Positions 46,576-55,719 of a stretch of 64,000 nt of DNA are shown here, one piece after another. Under the pieces are notes generated by a model. That model made no database searches, was not told the DNA's origin, and worked only from the letters and a program-made list of their open reading frames with translations. Every line of letters starts with the position of its first letter. Position 1 is the first letter of the stretch. The translations under genes and the position numbers were made by a program. This DNA comes from Candidatus Azotimanducaceae bacterium (lineage in GTDB: Bacteria > Pseudomonadota > Gammaproteobacteria > Pseudomonadales > Azotimanducaceae): contig OZ242359.1 in the NCBI GenBank assembly GCA_965208855.1, positions 966,237 to 1,030,236 of the forward strand, read 5' to 3'.

Positions 46576-47946
46576 GTGGATAATTCAGAGCAGATGATGA
46601 GCGGAGTATTTCTGGGCAGCAGCGACGAGGAAAGAAAATCACTCGTCACAAGAGCACGGGCAGGGGACATGACCGTCTCCAACAAGGCGCTTCTCAACGC
46701 CTTTGCCATCAATCCTCACTATGATCCTTACTCGATACCACTGGATGAAATGGACCCGTCTCACCCGGCCCTGTTCGTGCATGACACCCTGTGGCCGCAC
46801 TTCGAGCGGCTCCGCAGGGAAGACCCGGTGCACTATCATGAGAACAGCATATTCGGGCCCTACTGGTCTGTTACGAAGTACAAGGACATCATGTATGTGG
46901 ATACGCATCACGACCTCTTTTCATCTCATCAGAAGAAAGGCGGCATAGCGCTGGGCGGTGTCGCTGACAGTGAAGCCGAGTATACCCTGCCGATGTTCAT
47001 ACAGGAGGACCCGCCCAGGCATGATGCTCAGCGCATGGTGGTGACGCCGCTATTCGTACCGAAACAGTTGACCAGCCTCGAACCATTGATCCGTGAACGC
47101 GCCGGCCTCATCCTCGACAAGCTGCCACGCAACGAGGAATTCAACTGGGTGCGAGCCGTGTCCGTGGAATTGACCGCGCAGATGCTGGCCACACTGTTTG
47201 ACGTGCCCCAGGAAGACCGAATGAAGTTGATCGAGTGGTCCGACACCATTCAGGACCTGGGAAACCCGGAGGTTTTTGAAACCCCGGAAGAAGGCTTCCA
47301 GGTATTGTTCGAATGCCTGGCCTACTTTCAGGAAATTTATGAACGGCGCAAGAAGGAGCCCCCCAAATTCGATCTGATTTCCATGCTGGCGCATGATGAA
47401 TCGACCAACAACCTGGAGCCTCAGGAATTGCTTGGTAATGTCATGCTGCTGATTGTCGGCGGTAATGACACCACGCGAAATTCCATTTCCGGCGGTGTAC
47501 TGGCGCTGAACCAGCATCCGGAACAGTACGAGAAGCTGCTGCAGAACCCCGGGCTAATTCCAAAGATGGTGCCGGAGATTATTCGCTGGCAATCCCCCGT
47601 GGCCCACATGGCAAGAACCGCCAATCAGGACACGGAGCTCGGCGGCAAACTCATCAAGAAAGGTGACCGCGTCTGCATGTGGTATATCTCCGGCAACCGG
47701 GATGAAGACGCGATTGCAAACCCCGACCAATTTATTATCGATCGGGACAACCCTCGCCAGCATACGGCCTTCGGTTACGGTATTCATCGTTGCGTGGGTA
47801 ACCGCCTTGCAGAAATGCAGTTGCGCGTGATCTGGGAAGAGATCATGAAACGCTTCCCAAGGGTGGAGGTCACCGGCGAACCAAAATTCCTGGCGTCAAG
47901 TTTCATCCACGGGATCAGGGAGTTACCTGTAACACTGCGCGATTGA
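46576..47946 (+). CDS. cytochrome P450, CYP153-like
   Basis: 456-aa ORF starting at GTG 46576, with an alternative ATG at 46594. The heme loop is FGYGIHRCVGNRLA and the I-helix is LLIVGGNDTTRNS. There are long stretches that I recall from CYP153 alkane hydroxylases (FNWV..VS.ELT..MLATL, IIRWQ(S/T)P, PDQFIIDR). Confidence 0.85.
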   Translation: MDNSEQMMSGVFLGSSDEERKSLVTRARAGDMTVSNKALLNAFAINPHYDPYSIPLDEMDPSHPALFVHDTLWPHFERLRREDPVHYHENSIFGPYWSVTKYKDIMYVDTHHDLFSSHQKKGGIALGGVADSEAEYTLPMFIQEDPPRHDAQRMVVTPLFVPKQLTSLEPLIRERAGLILDKLPRNEEFNWVRAVSVELTAQMLATLFDVPQEDRMKLIEWSDTIQDLGNPEVFETPEEGFQVLFECLAYFQEIYERRKKEPPKFDLISMLAHDESTNNLEPQELLGNVMLLIVGGNDTTRNSISGGVLALNQHPEQYEKLLQNPGLIPKMVPEIIRWQSPVAHMARTANQDTELGGKLIKKGDRVCMWYISGNRDEDAIANPDQFIIDRDNPRQHTAFGYGIHRCVGNRLAEMQLRVIWEEIMKRFPRVEVTGEPKFLASSFIHGIRELPVTLRD

Positions 47947-47953
47947 ATCGCGA

Positions 47954-48409
47954 ATGTGTGCAGGCAGCCTTATGACGCAACAAGAAAGTCCGCAAACACC
48001 CTATGAAATCCTGGGTGATGGTGGCATCAAGCAACTGGCAAGTGCTTTTTATGATGTGATGGATGAACTGCCGCTTGCCGCCGATATTCGCGCCATGCAC
48101 GTGGAAAATCTGGATCACATCAAGAGAATGCTGGCGGCCTACCTGACCGGCTGGATGGGCGGCCCGCCCGTGTATCTGGCCATGAAAGGAACCCTATGCC
48201 TTACCGAACCTCACGAAGCCTTCCGCATAGGCCCAAAAGAGCGGGACCAATGGCTTGCCTGTATGGACGAAGCCCTTGAACGTACTGGCGCCAGCGACCA
48301 GCTTAAGTCCATGCTGAAGAAACCCATGTATCAGGTCGCCGAGACCGTCCGTAACTGTGAGGATTCCACGCCGAGAAACAGAGGCCCGGGGATTATTGCC
48401 GTTGGTTGA
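47954..48409 (+). CDS. group II truncated hemoglobin / YjbI-like globin
   Basis: 151-aa ORF starting 8 nt after the P450 stop. PYEILGG-like start, YLTGWMGGPPVY and RDQWLACMDEAL parallel B. subtilis YjbI-type trHb as I remember it. Confidence 0.65.
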   Translation: MCAGSLMTQQESPQTPYEILGDGGIKQLASAFYDVMDELPLAADIRAMHVENLDHIKRMLAAYLTGWMGGPPVYLAMKGTLCLTEPHEAFRIGPKERDQWLACMDEALERTGASDQLKSMLKKPMYQVAETVRNCEDSTPRNRGPGIIAVG

Positions 48410-48517
48410 AGCCCTGGCGGGCGTCAAATGTATACCCTCTCGCAACAGGAACCAGAATGAAGTCAGGCGTTTCACTACCGATTCGGGAATACGGCTCGGG
48501 AATACGGCTCAGGAATA

Positions 48518-49444
48518 ATGAACAAAACAACTGAAGGCTCATCCCGCCCTCTCCCCCTGCTGGAAAAAAGTATCCGGGTCCGGGACATACACCTCGCTTA
48601 TGTTGAGCGCGGCGAGAGCTTCCGGGGCATCGGGCCAACGCTGCTGTTTGCCCATGCCACCGGCTTTCATGCCCGCATCTGGGACAAGATCATCGACGGG
48701 CTGGGAAACTTTCATTCAATATCCGTGGATATGCGGGGGCATGGCAGGAGCGGGAAGCGCCGAATTCAACATTGGGATGAACTGATTGCCGACCTGACGG
48801 AGTTCATCCCGCAACTTGACCTGAGCAATATCATCGGCATTGGCCACAGCATGGGCGCTCACGCCCTGGTTGGCGCCGCCGGCCGCCACCAGAGCCGCTT
48901 CCTGCGGCTGGTGGCCATAGACCCGGTCATCCCGGCAGAAAATGACTTTCTAGACACCGACTCGCCGTTTTCCGGCGGCGTTGAAGACCATCCAACCGTG
49001 AATCGTCGCAATGAATTTGATTCACCGGAACAGATGGCGGAGCGGCTAAGGTCGAAAGGCTCCTTCGGCCTGTTCCATCCCGACATACTGATGGACTACT
49101 GCACTCACGGGCTGATGCCTAACGAGAAAGGTAAGGGATATGTTCTGGCCTGCCCCCCTGATGTGGAGGCCGGTATCTATATGTCGAGCCGTTCAAATCA
49201 CAGCATCTATGAGGCGGTTCACTCTCTGGTTATTCCCGTACTCATACTGAGAGCCAAAGAACCCGCCGCCGACAGAAACCTGATGGACTTTTCCAGTTCT
49301 CCCACCTGGCCGGGGCTTGTGGGTGAGTTCCAGCAAGGCAGGGAAATTTTCTTCCCTGACAAGAGCCACTTTCTGCCTATGCAGATTCCCGACAAGGTCA
49401 CGAAGATCATCGCCGACGAAATCAATGCGGAAGCCCGCCAATAA
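48518..49444 (+). CDS. alpha/beta-fold hydrolase
   Basis: 308-aa ORF with an HATGFH oxyanion region, the nucleophile elbow GHSMGA, and a C-terminal HFLPMQ (catalytic His). Confidence 0.8.
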   Translation: MNKTTEGSSRPLPLLEKSIRVRDIHLAYVERGESFRGIGPTLLFAHATGFHARIWDKIIDGLGNFHSISVDMRGHGRSGKRRIQHWDELIADLTEFIPQLDLSNIIGIGHSMGAHALVGAAGRHQSRFLRLVAIDPVIPAENDFLDTDSPFSGGVEDHPTVNRRNEFDSPEQMAERLRSKGSFGLFHPDILMDYCTHGLMPNEKGKGYVLACPPDVEAGIYMSSRSNHSIYEAVHSLVIPVLILRAKEPAADRNLMDFSSSPTWPGLVGEFQQGREIFFPDKSHFLPMQIPDKVTKIIADEINAEARQ

Positions 49445-49446
49445 AG

Positions 49447-50280
49447 TTATTCCAGGCCGCGTTTACCCGCCTCGGCCATGAACGGCTCATATTTCGCAAA
49501 AGGCGGTTCGTCACCTGCGCCAATCGTCAAGCCGGCGTCCGTTGTCAATGTATGGCCGGAGGTGTAACCGGATTCATCACTGGCAAGCCATAGCGCCGCA
49601 TTCACCACGTCGTCTGCCAGGCCGGCCCGGCCTTTCAGAGGCGAGGTTTTCGCCAGGTCTTTCACCGTGCCTGCAATATCGTTGGGGTCCCCGGACAGAG
49701 CGGCGACCATGGGTGTCGCCATGCCAGCGGGGGCGATGCAGTTGGCGCGAATGCCATACCGCCCAAGCTCCGTCGCAACGCTTTTGGTAATGCCCACAAT
49801 GGCGTGCTTCGCTGCGGTATAGGCGTGGGGGCCAAGGCCGCCCAGAATGCCCGCCGTACTCGACATGCTGACAATGGACCCGGTTCCTCTCGGTATCATA
49901 ACGCGAGCCGCGTGTTTGCATCCGTAGAAGCAGCCGCTGACATGCACATTGATCGTCCTGTGCCATTCCTCTGCGGGCGTTGTGGCGATAGGGCCGACAG
50001 CGCCAATCACACCGGCATTGTTATATATGATGTCCAACTGGCCAAACCGGGAAACGGCAGTGTCAACAAGATTAGCCACGTCATCTTCGCTGGTGACATC
50101 GCAATGGACATAGACGACACTGTCGCCTAGCTCATCCGCCAATGCCTGCCCGGCCTCATGCTGGATATCCCCCATCACAACCTTCGCGCCCTCGGCGACA
50201 AACCGCCTCGTTGCCCCCGCGCCAAATCCACTGGCCGCGCCGGTAATCGCAGCAACCTTCCCTTCCAATCGACCCGCCAT
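49447..50280 (-). CDS. short-chain dehydrogenase/reductase (SDR)
   Basis: The ORF spans 49447-50586, but the SDR sequence starts at ATG 50280 (MAGRLEGKVAAITGAASGFGAG). The catalytic YTAAKHA is present. Confidence 0.85.
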   Translation of the reverse strand: MAGRLEGKVAAITGAASGFGAGATRRFVAEGAKVVMGDIQHEAGQALADELGDSVVYVHCDVTSEDDVANLVDTAVSRFGQLDIIYNNAGVIGAVGPIATTPAEEWHRTINVHVSGCFYGCKHAARVMIPRGTGSIVSMSSTAGILGGLGPHAYTAAKHAIVGITKSVATELGRYGIRANCIAPAGMATPMVAALSGDPNDIAGTVKDLAKTSPLKGRAGLADDVVNAALWLASDESGYTSGHTLTTDAGLTIGAGDEPPFAKYEPFMAEAGKRGLE

Positions 50281-50353
50281 ATTCCCGTACCTTGTCATGC
50301 AATAAAATGAGGGGCCATTAAAGCAAAAACGGCGCAGTTTTGCCGCAACATCA

Positions 50354-51874
50354 ATGCAGCGTATACTCAAGAATATGGAAGTTGATCCTACGAGTAGAAC
50401 GTCGGCCATGCGACTAAGCGGCCAGGACGCCGCCTTCCTGTACACGGAAACCGCCAGTGGGCCCATGCAAACGGCGGGCATTGCCATCATTGACGGGGAG
50501 CCCTCATTCAGGGAAATTTTTGAACACCTGGCCGCACGCATCCATCTGGTATCCAGGTTACGGCAACGCCTCGTGTTCGTGCCCATGAACCTTGCGCATC
50601 CTCAGTGGATGGAAGACCCGGGCTTTGATATCAACAATCACATTGTTCACCACGAGATGCCCGCGGGCAGCAGCATACAGGACGCCCTGGATACCATCTG
50701 CCGATTGAATGAAGGTGTCATGGACAGGAGCAGGCCGCTCTGGAAATTCTTTGTTGTCACGGGCGTGAAAGATCATATCCTGATTCTGCAACAGGCCCAT
50801 CACGCCATGCTCGATGGCGCCTCCGTCATCCGGATGTCAACGCTACTGTACGATTTCGAACCGGATGCGCCGCCGCCGGAGCCGCCCGGTGAATGGGCAC
50901 CGCCTCCCCTGCCCGGCCCCATGGCGCTTATAACGGAAGCCTTGCAAGAGAACACAAAGGCGATGCTGACGACCAATCTTGCCGCCAGCTTCTCCCCCAT
51001 ACCCGACCTCCAGGATCATTTGCGCCGTGGCATCATGGCAATGTCCCGTTTTTTTACGGAGTTGGCGATTACCGCTCCCTGGAATGCCTCCCTGCTGGGG
51101 CCGGAGCGCAAGCTGGTGTTCTCGGTTCACGAGTTGGCAGACTGCCGGGAAATTCGCCGTACTCTAGGGGGAACCATCAACGATGTCGTGCTTACCGTGG
51201 CCACCGAGGGTGCTGCCAGGTATCTGGAGGAACAAGGTGAATATACGGCAAATCTGAAATTCCGCCTGATGTGCCCGGTGAGTGTCCGCACGGAATCCGA
51301 GGCGGGCGACCTGGGCAACCGGGTATCCGCCATCTTCCCGATGCTGCCGGCCTATTCACTGGACCTGGAGACCCGCCACCGAAAGGTCTGCGAGGAAACA
51401 AACCGCGCAAAATCCAATGGCGAGGCTCAGGTCATGACAGTCATGCAGGAAAACTCCATATCTATACCGCCCTTCCTGATGGCACCCTCGCTATTGGTGG
51501 GAACGCCCTTCGACCCGACAAGAATAGCCGCCGCGAATCCTCCTCCCGTGTTACCGGCTATCGGTATGCGCCCTCTCGGCCCCGGCATCAACTTTGTACT
51601 CACGAACGTGCCCGGTGTGCAGGTGCCTCAGTATATCGCCGGCCGCCAGGTATCTCTCACCACCGCCATCATGATGATTAGCGGGAATCTCGGGCTTGGC
51701 ATGACCATTTGCAGCTTCAACCAGAAACTGATCTTCAGCCTCACCGGCGAACCACGCTTGATGCCGAATCTGGAAATGCTCAACAATCACATGATTGATG
51801 TCTTCAATGAACTACTGGAACTGACCCGCCAGCAAGATGGCGCGACCGCCCAGGCAAATCAGGGAACCCCATGA
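50354..51874 (+). CDS. wax ester synthase / acyl-CoA:diacylglycerol acyltransferase (WS/DGAT) family
   Basis: 506-aa ORF; the start may be 50354, 50375 or 50408. The catalytic HHAMLDG (HHxxxDG), N-terminal LSGQDAAFLY and C-terminal NVPGVQVPQY are present. Confidence 0.8.
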   Translation: MQRILKNMEVDPTSRTSAMRLSGQDAAFLYTETASGPMQTAGIAIIDGEPSFREIFEHLAARIHLVSRLRQRLVFVPMNLAHPQWMEDPGFDINNHIVHHEMPAGSSIQDALDTICRLNEGVMDRSRPLWKFFVVTGVKDHILILQQAHHAMLDGASVIRMSTLLYDFEPDAPPPEPPGEWAPPPLPGPMALITEALQENTKAMLTTNLAASFSPIPDLQDHLRRGIMAMSRFFTELAITAPWNASLLGPERKLVFSVHELADCREIRRTLGGTINDVVLTVATEGAARYLEEQGEYTANLKFRLMCPVSVRTESEAGDLGNRVSAIFPMLPAYSLDLETRHRKVCEETNRAKSNGEAQVMTVMQENSISIPPFLMAPSLLVGTPFDPTRIAAANPPPVLPAIGMRPLGPGINFVLTNVPGVQVPQYIAGRQVSLTTAIMMISGNLGLGMTICSFNQKLIFSLTGEPRLMPNLEMLNNHMIDVFNELLELTRQQDGATAQANQGTP

Positions 51875-52449
51875 ATAAAACAGCAGCTTTCCCCCAGACA
51901 ATCACCCTCGATGGCAAAACCATAGAAATCAGGCTGATGACCGCCGAGGACCGAGAGGCCATACTCGAGTTTGCTGGTGCCCTGCCGGAGGAAGACCTGC
52001 TCTTTCTTCGGGTTGACCTGACGGACCCGGCCGTCATAGATGGCTGGATTGCCAACCTGGCGTCGGGGCTGTCCACCTCGCTGGTGGCTTATGACGACGC
52101 GGGCCTGGTGGGTTACGCTTCCGTACACCGCGCCCAGGCTCACTGGACGCGAAGAGTCGGGGAAATTCGTGTCAATGTATCGCGCAACTATCGCAGCAAG
52201 GGCCTTGGCAAGTTCCTGACCAGCAGGATATTTGACCTTGCCCGGGCGCTGGGCCTGCGTAAACTCATGGCCAATATGACCGCTGACCAGAAGAACGCCC
52301 AGGCCGCCTTCCGCAGACTCGGCTTTGTGCCTGAAGCCATTCTTGCAGACTATGTTGAAGACAGGACCGGCAAATCCCGTGATCTGGTCATCATGTCCCA
52401 TGACATAGATGGCCACAATGATCAGATGGGCGAGCCGGTCAGAATATAA
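51871..52449 (+). CDS. GNAT family N-acetyltransferase
   Basis: 192-aa ORF. Its ATG overlaps the WS/DGAT stop (ATGA). The motif A is RSKGLGKFL. Confidence 0.75.
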   Translation: MNKTAAFPQTITLDGKTIEIRLMTAEDREAILEFAGALPEEDLLFLRVDLTDPAVIDGWIANLASGLSTSLVAYDDAGLVGYASVHRAQAHWTRRVGEIRVNVSRNYRSKGLGKFLTSRIFDLARALGLRKLMANMTADQKNAQAAFRRLGFVPEAILADYVEDRTGKSRDLVIMSHDIDGHNDQMGEPVRI

Positions 52450-52467
52450 ACACCCGGGAGCAAGAAT

Positions 52468-53004
52468 ATGAATCAACTCACTCTGCCCGGTCACCCATTT
52501 CAATACGCCTGGCATGTCCCGGATATGGAAAAAGCCATAGACTACTGGGCCGAGATTCTCGGTGTTGGCCCTTTCTTCATCACCGAGTTTGACAGTAACG
52601 CCACCGGCGGCATCCTGTATCGTGGCAAAAAGAGTAACTTGCAGATGCGGGTTGCCTGGGCCCAGGGCAAGGAGGGGCAAATCGAATTGATCGAGGTCAA
52701 TTCATCCGCACCCAATGTCTACCATGACCTGGTAGACCCGGCCAGAGTCGCTTTCCATCATGTTGGCATCTGGTCGGCGGACTACCAGCAAGACAGAGCC
52801 CTGCTCGAATCCCAAGGTCTGGAAGTAGCCATGGACATGGCGCCCAGCAATATCTGCTATTTCGACACGGCTTCCCGCAATGGCGCCATGCTGGAATTGA
52901 TCGAGCGCAATGACGGCATTGTCGGGCTCTTCGGCATGATCGCCAAGGCCGCGGAAGCATGGGATGGCAGCCAGCCTGCACGGGCCCTGACGGACCTGAC
53001 ATGA
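52468..53004 (+). CDS. VOC (glyoxalase/bleomycin-resistance/dioxygenase) family protein
   Basis: 178-aa ORF with paired beta-alpha-beta-beta-beta modules and HHVGIW and MLELIE metal-ligand contexts. Confidence 0.7.
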   Translation: MNQLTLPGHPFQYAWHVPDMEKAIDYWAEILGVGPFFITEFDSNATGGILYRGKKSNLQMRVAWAQGKEGQIELIEVNSSAPNVYHDLVDPARVAFHHVGIWSADYQQDRALLESQGLEVAMDMAPSNICYFDTASRNGAMLELIERNDGIVGLFGMIAKAAEAWDGSQPARALTDLT

Positions 53005-53069
53005 CACCGCCTCTGGGCGTGACATCCGGTAGCCTGGGCATACTCGGACCAAAAACAATCACCGACCTT

Positions 53070-53222
53070 GCCTTCTTTCCTGGCTTCCTCAATCAATTCC
53101 TTGACGTTGGCCTCGATGACATCGGCAATCTTCAGTACTACCTGCTTGCGTTCATCAATGCTCTTCTCGCTCCAGGCGGGGAAGGCGGCCTTGGCCGCGC
53201 TGACCGCATCATTTATGCGAAC
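53070..53222 (-). pseudogene. remnant of an aldehyde dehydrogenase gene (N-terminal ~50 codons only)
   Basis: My minus-strand translation after a TAG is PVRINDAVSAAKAAFPAWSEKSIDERKQVVLKIADVIEANVKELIEEARKEGK. This is the classic ALDH N-terminal helix pattern (AV.AA..AF..W......R...L.K.AD.IE). It degenerates into unrelated sequence downstream. Confidence 0.45.
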
Positions 53223-53255
53223 CGGCTATCTATGCGCTAACTATTTATGCACTGA

Positions 53256-54437
53256 CTAACTATGCACCGATAGGGCGTTGTAGCTGAACAGCCGTTTTAT
53301 TGCATTGCCCGAAGCCCTGTTTGCCGCCAGGTTTCTCAGGCGGGCCCGGACGCCGCGCAGATGAAACACCTTCCCATTACGTCTGGACCCGCGCTGGACC
53401 CAGGCTGTGCGCGCCCGCCGCAGGTCTTCATACTGCCGCAATCGCGCCTCGATGGCGCCCTTCTGCGCAAGACAGCGGGCCAACACAGCACCGTCTTCCA
53501 TAGCCATGGCCGCACCCTGGGCCATGAACGGCAGAGTCGGGTGACAGGCGTCACCCAGCAGAGTTGCCAGACCTCGCCCCCACCTGTCCATGGGCCTCCG
53601 GTCAAACAAGGCCCACTTGAACAATGAATCCCTTTCCACATGCGCCATCAGGGTTTGAATGTCCTCGTGCCAACGGGCGAAATCAGCCTTGAGTTCTTCA
53701 TAATCACCCGGCTCATGCCAGGACTCGACCTCCCACCCCGCCTTCTCGATAACGCAAACACAATTGACCAGTTCGCCCTGGCGTACATAATAATGAACAA
53801 AGTGGCCGCCCGGCCCCCACCAGACGGTGGTTGCAGGGCGCACCAGGCCTTCAGGCAAACGCTCGGCAGGTGCCAGCGCACGCCAGGCGACATGCCCGGT
53901 AAAGGTTGCCGCCGCCGGGCCAAACAACTGCTCTCTGATGACAGAGTGAATGCCGTCGGCGCCAATGAGCAGGTCGCCGTCAAACTGACCCTGGGATGTC
54001 GTCAGTTGCACCCCGGCAGATGTTTGCTCCGCAGCCGTAACCTTGCAGTCAGTTCTGAGTTCAATCCCGCCATGCTCCCGTACCGAGGTTACCAGTACAC
54101 GGATAAGGTCGGCGCGATGAATATGAAAATAGGGAAAGCCGTAATCCTTCTCGACTGCCTCGCCCAGCGTCGAAGAGGCAATAATTTTGCCGTTCTTCCA
54201 ATCACGAATTTCTGCGCCTTCAGGAAGAAAAGCCATCGCCCGCAACGGTTCTTCCAGGCCAATATCGAACAGCACCCTGTTGCAGTTTGGGCTGAGTTGA
54301 ATTCCCGCACCTGTATCGCCAAACGCCGGCGCCTGTTCAAACAGGGCAACATCAAACCCCTGCCCGGCAAGAGAAAGAGCAGCGGCAAGGCCGCCTATAC
54401 CACCGCCAACAACAAGAACCGGCCTGTCCATCATCAT
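53256..54437 (-). CDS. FAD-dependent aromatic monooxygenase (salicylate / 3-hydroxybenzoate hydroxylase-like)
   Basis: 393-aa ORF with the dinucleotide fold VVGGGIGGLAAA, DGIHS, and GDACHPTLPFMAQGAAMAMEDG. Confidence 0.85.
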   Translation of the reverse strand: MMMDRPVLVVGGGIGGLAAALSLAGQGFDVALFEQAPAFGDTGAGIQLSPNCNRVLFDIGLEEPLRAMAFLPEGAEIRDWKNGKIIASSTLGEAVEKDYGFPYFHIHRADLIRVLVTSVREHGGIELRTDCKVTAAEQTSAGVQLTTSQGQFDGDLLIGADGIHSVIREQLFGPAAATFTGHVAWRALAPAERLPEGLVRPATTVWWGPGGHFVHYYVRQGELVNCVCVIEKAGWEVESWHEPGDYEELKADFARWHEDIQTLMAHVERDSLFKWALFDRRPMDRWGRGLATLLGDACHPTLPFMAQGAAMAMEDGAVLARCLAQKGAIEARLRQYEDLRRARTAWVQRGSRRNGKVFHLRGVRARLRNLAANRASGNAIKRLFSYNALSVHS

Positions 54438-54457
54438 TATCCATCGCCTTCCCCACC

Positions 54458-54522
54458 GTCATTCTCGCCGCAGGCGGGAATCCAGAGTGGCGGCGCAGCC
54501 GCCATTGCCCTTTCCCCGTCAT
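54458..54522. repeat. REP unit (module C/B variant)
   Basis: CGTCATTCTCGCCGCAGGCGGGAATCCAGAGTGGCGGCGCAGCCGCC, read directly. Confidence 0.85.
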
Positions 54523-54545
54523 CCAAGGTTTCAAACTTTTTGATT

Positions 54546-55646
54546 TTATTTTGTTTTACCAAGCGACGGCTGCTGATCCAGTATATGCGTCATGAAACTG
54601 GGAATGCCAGGTTCATATAAAATTGACTTCTGTGATTGCCAAATGAAATCATTATCAATAAATGTTTGTAGTCGTTCAAAATCTGATTGTGTATTCAATG
54701 AATCAACTGACAAATTGTCTCTAATAATTTCCATAATCATATCCTTTGACATTTCTTTTGTATCTTGAAATGCTCTTGCTATAGCAACGGCGGTTGGTCG
54801 CAATTCAAGTTTTGTTAATTTATCTCTACGGTCATTATAAAAATCCTTTTTTATAATGGTGATATCTGGCTTTACAACGGCAACCTGTTCCTCAGTTATG
54901 CATGTCACATTTTCTTTGTCTGCTTCATCCCATAAAGAACTGCCCCACAATTGTAAAAAGTATGGATAGCATTGACTGTCTTCAACGATAATGGATAAAG
55001 CATCTTCAGTTATTTGTATACCCTGTTCCTGGAACGGTTTACTTATCGCATCCGCTGAGGCCTGTTCATCCAAGCGCCCAACGCCAATATATCTGGCACG
55101 CTCAATAAATGAAGCCCCTACATTGGATAGGAAATGTCGCAATCCAGGAGTGCCAGCCAAAACCAACATAAAAGGAGCGTCAAAACTAATCCTTTGATGG
55201 AGGTTTAATAAATGATTACACACATCTGAATCCATGCGGTGCGCTTCATCTATTAAATATACCAATGGGCGTTTTTTGCACTGCTTAATTAAATCTTCTT
55301 GAACTGTTGATCTTGACAAATTATGTGATTTCCAAATTGATGGATTTAACAAAGATTTCCATAAATCAGATTGTGATTCAAGCGCATTAGGCACTGTCTT
55401 AACCACACGTATTTTATTCTTCTTTGCCCCACCCTGCTGAACTTCATCTTCAAACCAATTCAACAAGACTGTTTTCCCCACCCCTCTTGGCCCATATAAA
55501 ATTATTGGAGCAGAAGGCGATCTACCAGCAGACATGTTGGCTAAATTATTTCTAAACAAATCTTGCTCATCTGCTCGGCCAGCCAGATAAGGCGGAATCG
55601 CCCCAAAACCCGGAGTAAATGGATTTGAATATTTGGTTGGTTTCAT
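54546..55646 (-). CDS. orphan AAA+ ATPase, ORC/Cdc6-like (AAA_16/Arch_ATPase-type)
   Basis: 366-aa AT-rich ORF with Walker A GPRGVGKT, Walker B VYLIDEAH and a sensor-like LAGTP. The C-terminal ~120 aa could be a winged-helix domain. Confidence 0.75.
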   Translation of the reverse strand: MKPTKYSNPFTPGFGAIPPYLAGRADEQDLFRNNLANMSAGRSPSAPIILYGPRGVGKTVLLNWFEDEVQQGGAKKNKIRVVKTVPNALESQSDLWKSLLNPSIWKSHNLSRSTVQEDLIKQCKKRPLVYLIDEAHRMDSDVCNHLLNLHQRISFDAPFMLVLAGTPGLRHFLSNVGASFIERARYIGVGRLDEQASADAISKPFQEQGIQITEDALSIIVEDSQCYPYFLQLWGSSLWDEADKENVTCITEEQVAVVKPDITIIKKDFYNDRRDKLTKLELRPTAVAIARAFQDTKEMSKDMIMEIIRDNLSVDSLNTQSDFERLQTFIDNDFIWQSQKSILYEPGIPSFMTHILDQQPSLGKTK

Positions 55647-55719
55647 AACGGTCTCTTAGTGTTCAAATGGACCCCCGCAGTTTTAATCTTATCAAGTTTT
55701 CTTGATAATTCCCCAAATA

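Noticed and set aside
49447-50586. The 379-aa long version of the SDR ORF, and similar N-terminal extensions of 44872-46575, 5905-6723 and 1061-1915
   Set aside because: The family-typical N-termini (e.g. the MAGRLEGKVAAITGAASGFG Rossmann start) begin at internal ATGs. The extensions are low-complexity and overlap neighbouring genes or promoter regions.
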